Shown here in pieces: positions 1 to 9,234 of a stretch of 37,036 bases of DNA (its first letter is position 1; every line of letters begins with the position of its first letter). Under the pieces are notes generated by a model. It was not told the DNA's origin and did no database searches. It saw only the letters and a program-made list of their open reading frames with translations. The stretch covers positions 1 through 37,036 of the forward strand of contig SYLK01000433.1 in assembly GCA_005809115.1 (NCBI GenBank), read 5' to 3'. The position numbers and the translations under genes were made by a program. The DNA comes from Planctomyces sp. Lineage in GTDB: Bacteria > Planctomycetota > Planctomycetia > Planctomycetales > Planctomycetaceae.

Positions 1-1
1 A

Positions 2-478
2 CTGAGCGAGATCGAGCAGTTGATTCGCCAGGACCTTGGACTGGAAATCGCTGTGGTCCGGGTCGGCGGCTGGGATTCTCATCAGGCGCAGGTGGAGTCA
101 GTCGAGCCCCTGCTGCAGTCACTCGGGAAGTCCCTGCACGGATTCTACCGTGCCGTTGGCGATGCGGTTGAGCGAATCACGGTGGTCGTGATGACGGAAT
201 TCGGACGTCGAGTGGCCGTGAATCTGGCGGGTGGAACGGACCACGGACGGGGAACTGTGATGCTGCTGCTGGGTGGGGGAATCCGCGGAGGCCAAATCTC
301 GGGCCGATGGCCGGGAATCAGACCTGATCAACTTGACGACAATGGAAACCTTCGGGTGACAACAGACTTCCGCGATGTGCTGGCGGAAGTGGTGTCATCA
401 CGACTACGGAACACGGCGATTCGCAGTGTTTTTCCTGAATTCACGGCAGCGCCTCTGAACATTTGTCGGCCGCTTTGA
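2..478 (+). CDS. DUF1501 domain-containing protein (sulfatase-like fold), C-terminal fragment; the 5' end lies outside the window
   Basis: The frame is open from the window edge: there is no stop between nt 2 and 19, so the listed TTG at 20 is internal. The translation carries the DUF1501 C-terminal signature MTEFGRR...GGTDHGRG...MLLLGGGIRGG. Confidence 0.8.
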   Translation: MSEIEQLIRQDLGLEIAVVRVGGWDSHQAQVESVEPLLQSLGKSLHGFYRAVGDAVERITVVVMTEFGRRVAVNLAGGTDHGRGTVMLLLGGGIRGGQISGRWPGIRPDQLDDNGNLRVTTDFRDVLAEVVSSRLRNTAIRSVFPEFTAAPLNICRPL

Positions 479-481
479 TGT

Positions 482-570
482 GGGCTCAGAAAAGGGGTCA
501 GGAACCAATAGCCAAATGGCCCAAAGGGTGCTCCGCACTATTGGTTCCTGACCCCCTTTCTGTCTGAGCC
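482..570. repeat. REP/MITE-like palindromic intergenic element, copy 1
   Basis: Long imperfect inverted repeat: GGCTCAGAAAAGGGGTCAGGAACCAATAG (483-511) pairs with CTATTGGTTCCTGACCCCCTTTCTGTCTGAGCC (538-570). It starts 4 nt after the DUF1501 stop codon. A second, same-orientation copy lies at 3509-3598. Confidence 0.85.
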
Positions 571-701
571 ACATCACGATTCTGAACGGGATGCGCATGA
601 CTGTGTCGACATCATCAACGCATGCCGGGACATCGCTCCGGAGGTCGTTTCTGGGGCAATGAGGCGTCTGGGAAAACTTTCCGATTTTCTGGATCAGGCA
701 A

Positions 702-730
702 TTGACGCCGGTCTGATCCCTGTATAGGAT
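702..730 (+). promoter_or_regulatory. Candidate sigma70-like promoter for the PEP-CTERM gene (weak call)
   Basis: TTGACG (702-707), a 17-nt spacer, then TAGGAT (725-730), about 160 nt upstream of the ATG at 889. This is a pattern match only, and promoter consensus in this lineage is poorly defined. Confidence 0.15.
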
Positions 731-888
731 GAACTCACGGGCTGTTGAACAAGGGCACTCGACTGAGACGCGCACCGTGAATTTCAGATTGCATGTCGCA
801 TGGGTTTGATGGAACGCTTCTGAGGTCAGGGATTTGCTGTTTGTCTTCGCTGCAGTGGTTTCCAACAAGTGGTATTGGAGGTAAGTCA

Positions 889-1527
889 ATGAGTAAATTT
901 TGGAGTCTGGTTCAATGGACCGCCGGTGGTCTTGCCCCACTTCTGTTGATCGGATCGGCGTCAGCCGCGATCATCGGGGCCACAGTCACCACGACCACGG
1001 CGAATAGCGCCGGGGGCGTGTTCAGCATGCTCGGCCCGCAGGCAGCGGTCGGCGGCGTCGGGATTCCCGTCGCGGGCAAGAACGTGATGGGAATGAATGA
1101 GCGTACAGGTGTCACGCTTGACGGAACAAAGGTTGACAGCCACATCGTGTGGACCAATTTCACGGCGACCAGTGGAATCGTGGCCAAGGTTCAGTTCGCC
1201 AACAAGATTCTGGGGATCATCACCACGAGCCAGGGTGCGCTGAATTACCTGGGTGCAAGCAATACGGTCGTGGGGTTGCTGACCACAACCTATCTCAATG
1301 CCAACAACTGGGGTATGGAAAATGGTTCTGTGTTTGCCGGTCTGACAGAGGGGGTTGTCATCTCGGGAACCAACGAGATCACCTTCACCTCCACAGGAAT
1401 TGGGCCGGATTACGTGCGAGTACTGACCGCCGTACCGGAGCCGGGATCTGTAGCCATTCTGAGTCTCGGAGCAGTTGGTCTGATCGCTGCTGGTTATCGT
1501 CGCCGACGGAACCGAACCACGGTCTAG
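889..1527 (+). CDS. PEP-CTERM sorting domain-containing secreted protein (exosortase substrate)
   Basis: The C-terminus reads VPEPGSVAILSLGAVGLIAAGYRRRRNR, which is the canonical PEP motif, a TM helix and an Arg cluster. The N-terminal signal-like segment is MSKFWSLVQWTAGGLAPLLLIGSASA. GGAGG at 877-881 lies 7 nt before the ATG at 889, so the listed ORF start at 793 is probably too long. The body is Thr/Ser/Gly-rich and has no Cys. Confidence 0.9.
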   Translation: MSKFWSLVQWTAGGLAPLLLIGSASAAIIGATVTTTTANSAGGVFSMLGPQAAVGGVGIPVAGKNVMGMNERTGVTLDGTKVDSHIVWTNFTATSGIVAKVQFANKILGIITTSQGALNYLGASNTVVGLLTTTYLNANNWGMENGSVFAGLTEGVVISGTNEITFTSTGIGPDYVRVLTAVPEPGSVAILSLGAVGLIAAGYRRRRNRTTV

Positions 1528-1574
1528 ATGAGATCGCGGATTTCCGACAAAGCGACTGAAGATGGTCGAATTGG

Positions 1575-1606
1575 ACGGGTGGCCCGAGAGGGTCACCCGT
1601 TTTTTT
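1575..1606 (+). terminator. Rho-independent terminator after the PEP-CTERM gene
   Basis: An 11-bp stem, ACGGGTGGCCC (1575-1585) pairing with GGGTCACCCGT (1590-1600), contains one G-U pair. The loop is GAGA and a T7 run follows (1600-1606). Confidence 0.8.
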
Positions 1607-1846
1607 GCGCCTCGGCGACAGGAAATTGCGATTCCAGGTTGATTCAGTGACTATCCTTCGAATAATCGCAACGTGGGATTCTCTCTGCTCCCGGTACCCG
1701 TTTGACGACCATAAAATCACTGCCTGAGTCGGTCGAGCGTCGCGCAGCTCCGCTCGGACGGTCGGGAATTCCAGTTTCCGGGGCGCGAACTGTTTTTTCA
1801 GGAAACAGCCAGTAGAACTTCTGATCAGAACATTCTCGAGACCAGC

Positions 1847-3502
1847 GTGATGCAGACGGCGGAGATCGTGTCGAAAGTCAGGGGATTTGTGGGCATGCGC
1901 GTGGCCATTCTGTTGCTGCTGGCTGCACACCTGCCCTATGTCGCGGTATACTTCATCAGTCTCTGGCAGCAGCGCACTCATTACCAGTTTTTCCCATTCG
2001 CCGTTGCTGCGTTTATCTGGCTGTTCTCCAGCAGGCGCCGGAAGTCAGGCGAGCAATGGTCAGCATTACCAGTTGCATTGGTTCTGGGCGACCTGTCCTG
2101 CGTTCTGTTGGGCGTCGTGATTCGTTCTCCCTGGCTGTTTGCCTTCGGTATGTTCCTCAGCGTACTCGCCTGGTGCGTCGCATCGCACGAAGAAGGTTAT
2201 CATCGACGTCTGACTTATCTGGCGCTGCTGCCGCTGCTGACAATCAGGCTGCCAGCCAACGGTGACAACCAGATCATCGCCTGGCTGCAGACGGTGACTA
2301 CGGCCGTAGCCAGCAGAATGCTGCAGCGTTTCGGATTCCTGCACTTCCGCGAGGGCAACGTACTGGAATTCCCAGGGAAGCGCTTTCTGGTGGAAGAAGC
2401 CTGCAGCGGAGTACAGTCGCTCTTCACGATTCTGTTCATCGGTGCTCTGGTCATCTGCTGGAATCGCCGGACTCTGACCCATGGAATCATTCTGCTGGCC
2501 AGTGGCGTGGTCTTTGCCGGTGTGATGAATGTCTCGCGCGTTGTCGCGATTGCCGTAGCCTGGGACCAGTATGCGGTGGATCTTTCGACCGGTTATCAGC
2601 ATGACGTGCTGGGATATGTGTGCCTCGGTATTGCGGCCCTGTTGCTGTTGAGTGCCGATTCATTCCTGACCTTTATCACCGATCCCGTACCTGATCTGAA
2701 AAGTGCGGGGACTCTCGGCAATTTCCGAAATCCTCTGATTGCAGCCTGGAACTACCTGTTTTCTGTCTCGCGAGAATCGATCCGCACCGGTCCGGCTCAG
2801 GATTCCTCGAAGCACACTCCTGGTCGGCAGTCAGTGTGGAACATCGGAGCCGGATTGATCTGTGTTACGCTGCTGCTGTTCCAGACGTACGTGCTTCGCG
2901 GTGAAACTCCGAACCGACCACCAGCAGAAATATCCCGCGGGGATACCTTTGATGCGGAGACGCTGCCAGCGACAGTGGCGGGAATGTCCAGATCCCATTA
3001 TCTGGTTGAGGAAGGTTCTTCAGATACGACGACTGCACGCTTCTCAAACGTCTGGCACTACACTTCTGACAACCTCGAGGCGCGCGTCTCGTGTGACCAT
3101 CCGTACTTTGACTGGCAGCTGATTCAGCATTCTTATGTCAGGGAAGGCTGGGAAATTACGGAGTCGTCTGAGCAGGACAGCCCGGACGGGTGGAGTGCCA
3201 CGATGATCCGTATGCGGAACATCGCCGAGAATCGCCACGGTTTTCTGCTGTTCAGCATGTTTGACAGAACTGGAAAAACTCTCGAGCCGGAGAAATCCGC
3301 AGGTGCGGGATCAAGAGTATTTGATCGGCTGTTCCGATCCGGCCCCGATCGATCGGGCAGCATAATGTCTTATCTGGCTCAGACATTTGTCGTGACGGGC
3401 AGCCGAATTCCCGATAACGATGTTCAGAAACTTATCGAACTGCATTTTCAGACACGGAGCCAGCTGCGACTGGCAGCGACGGCGTCGGCAGCCAGTAATT
3501 AG
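1847..3502 (+). CDS. Exosortase family protein fused to a C-terminal EpsI-like domain
   Basis: The polytopic N-terminal half (about aa 1-280) carries the exosortase signature: Cys186 in VEEACSG (TGC at 2402-2404), Arg231 in MNVSRV and His252 in YQHDVLG. An extra TM segment (aa 331-348) is followed by a ~200-aa soluble domain that is paralogous to the free-standing ORF at 33624-34394. The start is GTG at 1847 or ATG at 1850. Confidence 0.85.
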   Translation: MMQTAEIVSKVRGFVGMRVAILLLLAAHLPYVAVYFISLWQQRTHYQFFPFAVAAFIWLFSSRRRKSGEQWSALPVALVLGDLSCVLLGVVIRSPWLFAFGMFLSVLAWCVASHEEGYHRRLTYLALLPLLTIRLPANGDNQIIAWLQTVTTAVASRMLQRFGFLHFREGNVLEFPGKRFLVEEACSGVQSLFTILFIGALVICWNRRTLTHGIILLASGVVFAGVMNVSRVVAIAVAWDQYAVDLSTGYQHDVLGYVCLGIAALLLLSADSFLTFITDPVPDLKSAGTLGNFRNPLIAAWNYLFSVSRESIRTGPAQDSSKHTPGRQSVWNIGAGLICVTLLLFQTYVLRGETPNRPPAEISRGDTFDAETLPATVAGMSRSHYLVEEGSSDTTTARFSNVWHYTSDNLEARVSCDHPYFDWQLIQHSYVREGWEITESSEQDSPDGWSATMIRMRNIAENRHGFLLFSMFDRTGKTLEPEKSAGAGSRVFDRLFRSGPDRSGSIMSYLAQTFVVTGSRIPDNDVQKLIELHFQTRSQLRLAATASAASN

Positions 3503-3508
3503 TGCACT

Positions 3509-3598
3509 GGCTCAGAAACAGGGGTCAGGAACCAATAGCCAGATGGCCCAGTGGGTGCTCCTCACGATTGTTTCCTGACCCCTTTTCTTTTCTGAGCC
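3509..3598. repeat. REP/MITE-like palindromic intergenic element, copy 2
   Basis: GGCTCAGAAACAGGGGTCAGGAACCAATAGCC...CGATTGTTTCCTGACCCCTTTTCTTTTCTGAGCC. It has the same orientation and the same central loop (GATGGCCCAGTGGGTGCTCC) as copy 1. It starts 7 nt after the exosortase stop codon. Confidence 0.85.
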
Positions 3599-3610
3599 TC
3601 GTATCCTGCA

Positions 3611-5806
3611 ATGTGCTCATTGAAGTCCCCACAGAACATGGTTCGGGAAACCGGTCAGAGTCTGAATGTACTGCCAGCGTCAGGCGATTACTCGCACGGC
3701 GGGCGCCCCCGACGTGATTCGGTCCTCCCGGCGCTGCTGAATCCCGTGAATCATTTTCGCTGGCTGGCGGGATTTGGGCAGTCCTGGGTCCTGTCTCGCG
3801 ATTACGGGCGACTGACTTCGAGCATCCCATTCTGGATTCTCATCGTTGCGGTCGTCTTTCTGACCTGGCTGCGACATGCGCCGGATGATGAAGTCGTGGC
3901 CTCGTACCAGTCGGCCCTGGAAGCGGCCGTCAACAGCGGCGACGCGGCACGGCAGGAGGTCTATCTGAACGCACTTGTGCAGCTGCGCCCGCGTGACCCT
4001 GAGGTCCGATTTCAGCGGGCAAAGCTCCTGCTCAGTCAGGGTCGGAACGAAGGGATCGACTTCATAAGTCCACTGGTACCCGATGAGACTGACGGGTACG
4101 CGCCAGCCAGAATGTGGCTTGTCGAACAGGCCAGCCGTCCCAATCCCGTGGTTCCGTTGACAGACAGCCAGATTCAGAACCATCTGACCAGGATTCTCAG
4201 CCAGCGACAGGATGACCCTCAGGCACATCGCTGGCTCGCCCGGATTCTTCTGCGGCAATCAGATCTTAAGGGAGCTGAGACGCATCTCGAGCTTGCCGCG
4301 CGGACACTTCCCGATCTGAACGTGGAGCTGGCGAAGCTGAAGGCAGCGCTCCAGCGAGATCCTGCCGAGATCCACAGATATGCCTCGCGTGGGGCCGATG
4401 AGCTGACCGGTCGCCTGCGGACGGACCCCGACAATATGGAATGCCGCCTGGCACTTGGCGAAGCGCTGATCCTTCTGGGGCAGTTCGACGCAGCCAGAGA
4501 ATTGCTGACGGCCAGAGCGGATCTGAGCAGTGATCCGCGACTGCGGCGATCGCTGTCGGACCTCGAAATCGCATCCGCCGACCGACTTCTCGCGGATTCT
4601 CTGCTGAATCAGGATGTGTGCGGCCGGATCCTGCTGAAGGCGCTGGAACTGGACCCGTCAAACCTGACTGCGGTACAGCGCATCGCCGAACTCCATGCTG
4701 CGGGCACTCACTTCCAGCGCAGCGAGATCGAGGCGTCTCTGAATTACTGGCAGCAGCAACTGACGGAACGCCAGGATCAGGAAGGCCCAAGGCGTATCCT
4801 CAGCCAGCTGCTCGCCGTGGTTGGCGCGGCGGCGGAAGCCGCAGAAGTCCTGCGGCCTGTCGTTCTGCGGCGACCGGAACTCAGACTGTCGTTTGCCAGG
4901 CTGCTCACCGACGCCGGCGCAAAGGACGAGGCATCTGCTGTGCTGCAGCTGGTGGAACTGGAGGTCGGTCTCGAGCTGCTGCAGAATCCGGATTCTGTCA
5001 CGGCTGCAGAACAAAAGACCGAATCGCTCATGATCGGCGGTCGCCCGGCAGAAGCTCTGAAGTTCCTGCAGAAACTCACGTCACGAAATCAGGCCGGACG
5101 AATTCCCGAGGCGCCCAGTCTGAAAGCGCTGTTTGGCAGAGCCTCGATTCAGGTGTACGACTCGTTGATTCTTTCAGGTGGCGTCCCTGCGGGGGGATCG
5201 GAAAACGCCCCGCAGCCAGATGAATCAACGCTGCTGCAGCTGCTGGCCGACGCGGTGTCGTCACAGACTTCAGCCGCAGCGGGAATGGATCGACTGGCAC
5301 AACTCGCTTTGTCGCAACATCCTGCCGCGGCACGGGCTGAGGAAATGATCCGGCAGTATCGGCTGACTGAAGCGTCCGAGCAGGAGATGCTGAACCGACT
5401 TGGGACACAGGCGCTGGTCGTCGGTGACTATCAGAAGGCGCGCACCTGTCTGGAACAGGCGAATCAGCTGTCCCGTGGCGGGAATCCCATGACCCTGAAC
5501 AATCTGGCAATCGCCGTTGCACGCGGCGAATCTCGGGATCTTACTGCAGCGCTGGAACTGGCAAATCAGGCTTTGCTGCAGCTTCCCGGGCACCCGGACG
5601 TGCTGTCGACTCGCGGGGAAATCCTGCTGGAATTGGGCCGGTGGCCCGAAGCCATCCAGGATCTTGAGCAGGCGGTTTCGATGCGGCGCGACAGCCGCGA
5701 GGTTCACGAGCTGCTGCTGCGAGCTTATACCGCCACGAACGCCACAGAAAAGGTGGAAGCTCACCAGAGGGAACTCAAACGAATCTCTGAGAACAACCCC
5801 GGATGA
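3611..5806 (+). CDS. TPR-repeat protein with an N-terminal membrane anchor (possible PEP-CTERM-system PrsT-like component)
   Basis: There is a single TM segment (SSIPFWILIVAVVFLTWL), followed by about 650 aa of Ala/Leu/Arg-rich helical repeats. Recognisable TPR units include GDYQKARTCLEQANQL and GRWPEAIQDLEQAVSM. It lies immediately downstream of the exosortase. The start is uncertain (3611 or 3638). Confidence 0.6.
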   Translation: MCSLKSPQNMVRETGQSLNVLPASGDYSHGGRPRRDSVLPALLNPVNHFRWLAGFGQSWVLSRDYGRLTSSIPFWILIVAVVFLTWLRHAPDDEVVASYQSALEAAVNSGDAARQEVYLNALVQLRPRDPEVRFQRAKLLLSQGRNEGIDFISPLVPDETDGYAPARMWLVEQASRPNPVVPLTDSQIQNHLTRILSQRQDDPQAHRWLARILLRQSDLKGAETHLELAARTLPDLNVELAKLKAALQRDPAEIHRYASRGADELTGRLRTDPDNMECRLALGEALILLGQFDAARELLTARADLSSDPRLRRSLSDLEIASADRLLADSLLNQDVCGRILLKALELDPSNLTAVQRIAELHAAGTHFQRSEIEASLNYWQQQLTERQDQEGPRRILSQLLAVVGAAAEAAEVLRPVVLRRPELRLSFARLLTDAGAKDEASAVLQLVELEVGLELLQNPDSVTAAEQKTESLMIGGRPAEALKFLQKLTSRNQAGRIPEAPSLKALFGRASIQVYDSLILSGGVPAGGSENAPQPDESTLLQLLADAVSSQTSAAAGMDRLAQLALSQHPAAARAEEMIRQYRLTEASEQEMLNRLGTQALVVGDYQKARTCLEQANQLSRGGNPMTLNNLAIAVARGESRDLTAALELANQALLQLPGHPDVLSTRGEILLELGRWPEAIQDLEQAVSMRRDSREVHELLLRAYTATNATEKVEAHQRELKRISENNPG

Positions 5807-6090
5807 CACCGATGACACGGATCGACTGCAGTCAACAGGGGCGGAACCGCGACAGCATCGAGCCTTTGGCGCCCCGTATGCGTACTCGTACTCGGCATCG
5901 CGGTACTCGTACTTCTACTCGATTGCCCCTTCGGCAACCCGATCGGTTCGCTGGATCAATCATGTCAGCATCGACACTATCCGCTTCAGTTGCGCTTAAA
6001 GTCCGGCGAAAGCTGCCGGGGCCGACTTGTGTGGTACAGTCGGGCGCGGCAGGCTGACTGAGATCCGGCGCCCGAAACAGTGTCACCGGA

Positions 6091-6125
6091 AAACAAAAAA
6101 GCCCGACGCGGCGATGCGTCGGGCT
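6091..6125 (-). terminator. Rho-independent terminator closing the long minus-strand glycan operon
   Basis: On the minus strand, stem GCCCGACGC (6116-6124) pairs with GCGTCGGGC (6101-6109). A T-run follows, read as TTTTTTGTTT (complement of 6091-6100). The site lies 53 nt downstream of the carbamoyltransferase stop codon. Confidence 0.75.
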
Positions 6126-6177
6126 CTGAGGGTTGAACTGCCGAGATTCAGGATTCAGCGTCAGTCGTGCGGTCGCT

Positions 6178-7947
6178 TCACGCCGGAGAAACGCGTTTTT
6201 GAAGGTGTTCGGGGAAATCCGGTCGATGCCGATCGATCAGCACGCCACCAATCGCGATCGCATCCATGTCCGTTCGCAGGAAGCAGCTGATCGCCTCAGC
6301 CGGCGTGCGAACAATCGGCTCGTTTTCGTTCAGTGACGTATTCAGCACGATCGGAACACCTGTTTTCTCGAAGAATCGGCTGATGAGTCGATGATACAGC
6401 GGGTTTGTTTTCATTGAAACAGTCTGCAGTCGTCCGCTGCCGTCTACATGGGTCACAGCCGGAATGATCGCGTGTTTTTCCTTCCGAATCGGGAATACCT
6501 TTTCCATATACGGTGTCGGTTCGCTGATCTCAAACCACTCGCCCGCCTGCTCTTCCAGAATGCTGGGCGCAAATGGACGGAACTTTTCCCGAAACTTGAT
6601 TCGCAGGTTGATGATGTCCCGCATGTCGGTCCGACGAGGATCTGCCAGCAGAGTCCGGTTACCCAGAGCACGCGCTCCGAATTCCATCGCGCCCTGAAAC
6701 CAGCCCACGACTTTTCCCTCGAGCAGCAGATCCGTGGTCCGGTCCACCAGAGCTGCCTCGTCGAGCTGTTCAAACGGGACACCCGCAGCATTGGCGGCGG
6801 CGACGGCTTCGTCTGCCGAAGAACTGCAGCCCCAGTAAGCATGGTTCTGCACGAATCCCCGAGGTTTTCCCAGCAGGCGATTCCACACATAAAAGGCGGC
6901 ACCGAAGGATGTCCCGTTGTCGGCCGCGCCGGCCGGGATATAGACGTTCCTGAAGGGTGTTTCCGTGGTAATCCTGCCATTCGCCACGGAATTCATGGCC
7001 ACACCGCCCGTCATGCAGATGTTCGGGCTCTTCGTCTTTGCATGCAGCCGGCGCAGCAGATGCATGATGATTTCTTCCGTCACGACCTGCAGTGACTTCG
7101 CGATGTTATCGTGCCTGGCCGTCATCGGCTCCTTCGGACGGCGCGCCGGACCGAGCAACTGTTCGAGCTTCGGACTGTGAAATGGCTGCACAATCGGAGC
7201 ACCATCGTTCCATGTCATCCGGAGTCCCTTTCGATGGTGTGTGAAGAAATCCAGGTTCAGCTCAAACGTGTCACCGCGGGGAAAGATCATCCGGCGAAAC
7301 AGATCTGCAAACTCCGGTTCTCCATAAGGCGCCAGCCCCATGACCTTGTATTCGTCACCATAATGAGGAAATCCCAGGTACATGGTCACAGCGCTGTACA
7401 GGAAACCGATGGAATGCGGGTAACAGACGCGATCCAGTTCCTTCCATCCGGTCCCGGATGCCTTCGCTGTCAGCGTACTGGTGAAATCTCCCATCCCGTC
7501 GACCGACAGGACGGCCGCTTCGTCAAACGGAGAAATCAGGAATCCTGCCGCGACATGTGTCTGATGGTGTTCAATACGGTGAAATTGTGCCCTGACGGCG
7601 GACCGTTCAACTCCCACTGCGTCCGCAAACTGCCCGTCGAGCCCAAGCGTTCTCCCCTGACGTCGGAGTCGGTCCAGAATGGCAGACGCTGACGGCCAGT
7701 GAGTTGCCACGAAGCCGAGGCGTCTCAGCAGATTCGCTCGCGGATTAAAAGAAATTGCCACGTGATCCACGTCCGCCGCTGTGAGCCCCGCCTGCTGCAG
7801 ACACCAGCGAATCGACTGGGAAGGAAATCCGGCCCAGTGCTTGATTCGATTGAATCGCTCTTCCTCGACTGCGGCAATCAACTGGCCGTCAACCACCAGA
7901 GCCGCCGAGGCATCACCATGATAGGCATTCAGCCCGAGTATGTTCAT
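6178..7947 (-). CDS. Carbamoyltransferase, NodU/CmcH family
   Basis: The N-terminus MNILGLNAYHGDASAALVVDGQLIAAVEEERFNRIKHWAGFP is typical of the family. At 589 aa the protein has the expected full length. It is the last gene of the operon. Confidence 0.9.
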   Translation of the reverse strand: MNILGLNAYHGDASAALVVDGQLIAAVEEERFNRIKHWAGFPSQSIRWCLQQAGLTAADVDHVAISFNPRANLLRRLGFVATHWPSASAILDRLRRQGRTLGLDGQFADAVGVERSAVRAQFHRIEHHQTHVAAGFLISPFDEAAVLSVDGMGDFTSTLTAKASGTGWKELDRVCYPHSIGFLYSAVTMYLGFPHYGDEYKVMGLAPYGEPEFADLFRRMIFPRGDTFELNLDFFTHHRKGLRMTWNDGAPIVQPFHSPKLEQLLGPARRPKEPMTARHDNIAKSLQVVTEEIIMHLLRRLHAKTKSPNICMTGGVAMNSVANGRITTETPFRNVYIPAGAADNGTSFGAAFYVWNRLLGKPRGFVQNHAYWGCSSSADEAVAAANAAGVPFEQLDEAALVDRTTDLLLEGKVVGWFQGAMEFGARALGNRTLLADPRRTDMRDIINLRIKFREKFRPFAPSILEEQAGEWFEISEPTPYMEKVFPIRKEKHAIIPAVTHVDGSGRLQTVSMKTNPLYHRLISRFFEKTGVPIVLNTSLNENEPIVRTPAEAISCFLRTDMDAIAIGGVLIDRHRPDFPEHLQKRVSPA

Positions 7948-8001
7948 TTTCAGATCCGAGCGTCGTATCTGCCAGGGAACCAGGAATTCCAGTCAGGACA
8001 G

Positions 8002-9234
8002 TCAGGGAACAGCAGCGCGTGCAGCTGGAGGGGCCACACCAAAGAACATATTCGTGTACCCGCTGAGCAGATTGTGCTGTTCAAAAAATTCATGTGCCAG
8101 GGACAGGGCGCCCTGCTGCAACCGACGATATTCCGGGTGGTTCATTCCGATGATGGCATTCATAGCGGAGACAAACTGATCTGGCGCATCCAGAGAGAGA
8201 TCCCATCCGGCGTTCCTGGCCTGCAGATCCCGCCACATCGTTCGATCGCTGATGATCACGGGCGTTCCGACAGCCAGAGATTCGAAAATTGCGTGCCCGA
8301 AATTCTCTCCCAGGGTGGGCAGGATCATGGCGTCGGCCTGGATCAGAAATTCACGAACCTCAGACTCAGATTTGGCACCCACAAACTCCACCCGCACCGA
8401 TTCCGGCAATTCCCGTACCGCATTCAGACATCGCTGATGATAGGTCGTATCCTCCACGGGTCCCACGATCGTCAGCTGACAGTCCCCCTGCACGCGACCT
8501 GACAATTCAATCAACCACAGGATGTTCTTGGTTTCGTGGACGCGGCCGACAGAACAAAACCGGGCAGGACAAGCTTTTTCGGTCCTGTCGGACAGCTTGC
8601 TGACGGGAAGACACGGCACGTTGGGAATGGCGGTAACGGGGACGGCTCCGAATGCCGCATGAATCTCGGCAGCCTCCTCAGGCGAAGTAGCATGGAATGA
8701 AACGTGCCGCAGGACCCCACAGGTTCTCAGGAACCAGATGAGCGGCCGTTTCTTCCAGCCCTTCTGCTGCATCGCAGCGGGCTTCAGCATTCCCCGCGGG
8801 GCCAGAAATATTCGGATCCGTCGCCTGGTCAGCCGCAACCAGAGCAGGGGCCACAACGTCCCGGCAAGGGAGAACATACTGTTGAGGTAAACCGCATGCG
8901 GGCGGAATCGTCGCAGCATAAACACAAACGCAGCGCACCGACGGAAACCTGAGCTGCAGTAGCGCACGCGAGCCAGCCCGCGCCAGTTAAACCAGCGGTC
9001 TGAGGGAACCGCATCGTAGGACTGGTCGCTGCCAAGGTCTCTGTCAGAGGTGATGATTGCCACATCCGCTGATTTGCCGAGCAACACCGCAAGATTGGCA
9101 CAGCTGCGGATCGGTCCTCCGGCCCGCACTCCCGGATCGAACCAGTCGACACAGACCAGCAGACGTGGCCTTATGACGGCCACCTGGGCAGGTTCAACGG
9201 CGGACTCGTGCTCACGCTCAGCTCTGGAATTCAT
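8002..9234 (-). CDS. Glycosyltransferase, GT-B fold (GT4-like)
   Basis: C-terminal sugar-donor motif LPTLGENFGHAIFESLAVGTPVIISD. An ATGA overlap (9231-9234) couples it to the upstream gene. Confidence 0.8.
   Translation of the reverse strand: MNSRAEREHESAVEPAQVAVIRPRLLVCVDWFDPGVRAGGPIRSCANLAVLLGKSADVAIITSDRDLGSDQSYDAVPSDRWFNWRGLARVRYCSSGFRRCAAFVFMLRRFRPHAVYLNSMFSLAGTLWPLLWLRLTRRRIRIFLAPRGMLKPAAMQQKGWKKRPLIWFLRTCGVLRHVSFHATSPEEAAEIHAAFGAVPVTAIPNVPCLPVSKLSDRTEKACPARFCSVGRVHETKNILWLIELSGRVQGDCQLTIVGPVEDTTYHQRCLNAVRELPESVRVEFVGAKSESEVREFLIQADAMILPTLGENFGHAIFESLAVGTPVIISDRTMWRDLQARNAGWDLSLDAPDQFVSAMNAIIGMNHPEYRRLQQGALSLAHEFFEQHNLLSGYTNMFFGVAPPAARAAVP

Noticed and set aside
404-940. A 178-aa minus-strand ORF spanning the DUF1501 3' end, the palindromic repeat and the PEP-CTERM gene start.
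   Set aside because: It reads straight through the REP-like hairpin (GQEPI...PDPF peptide), overlaps two better-supported genes and has no family features.
5803-6086. Two 84-aa ORFs, one on each strand, in the convergent intergenic region.
   Set aside because: Both are Arg/Pro-rich with low complexity, overlap each other fully and have no RBS or recognisable domain. The region is better treated as non-coding.
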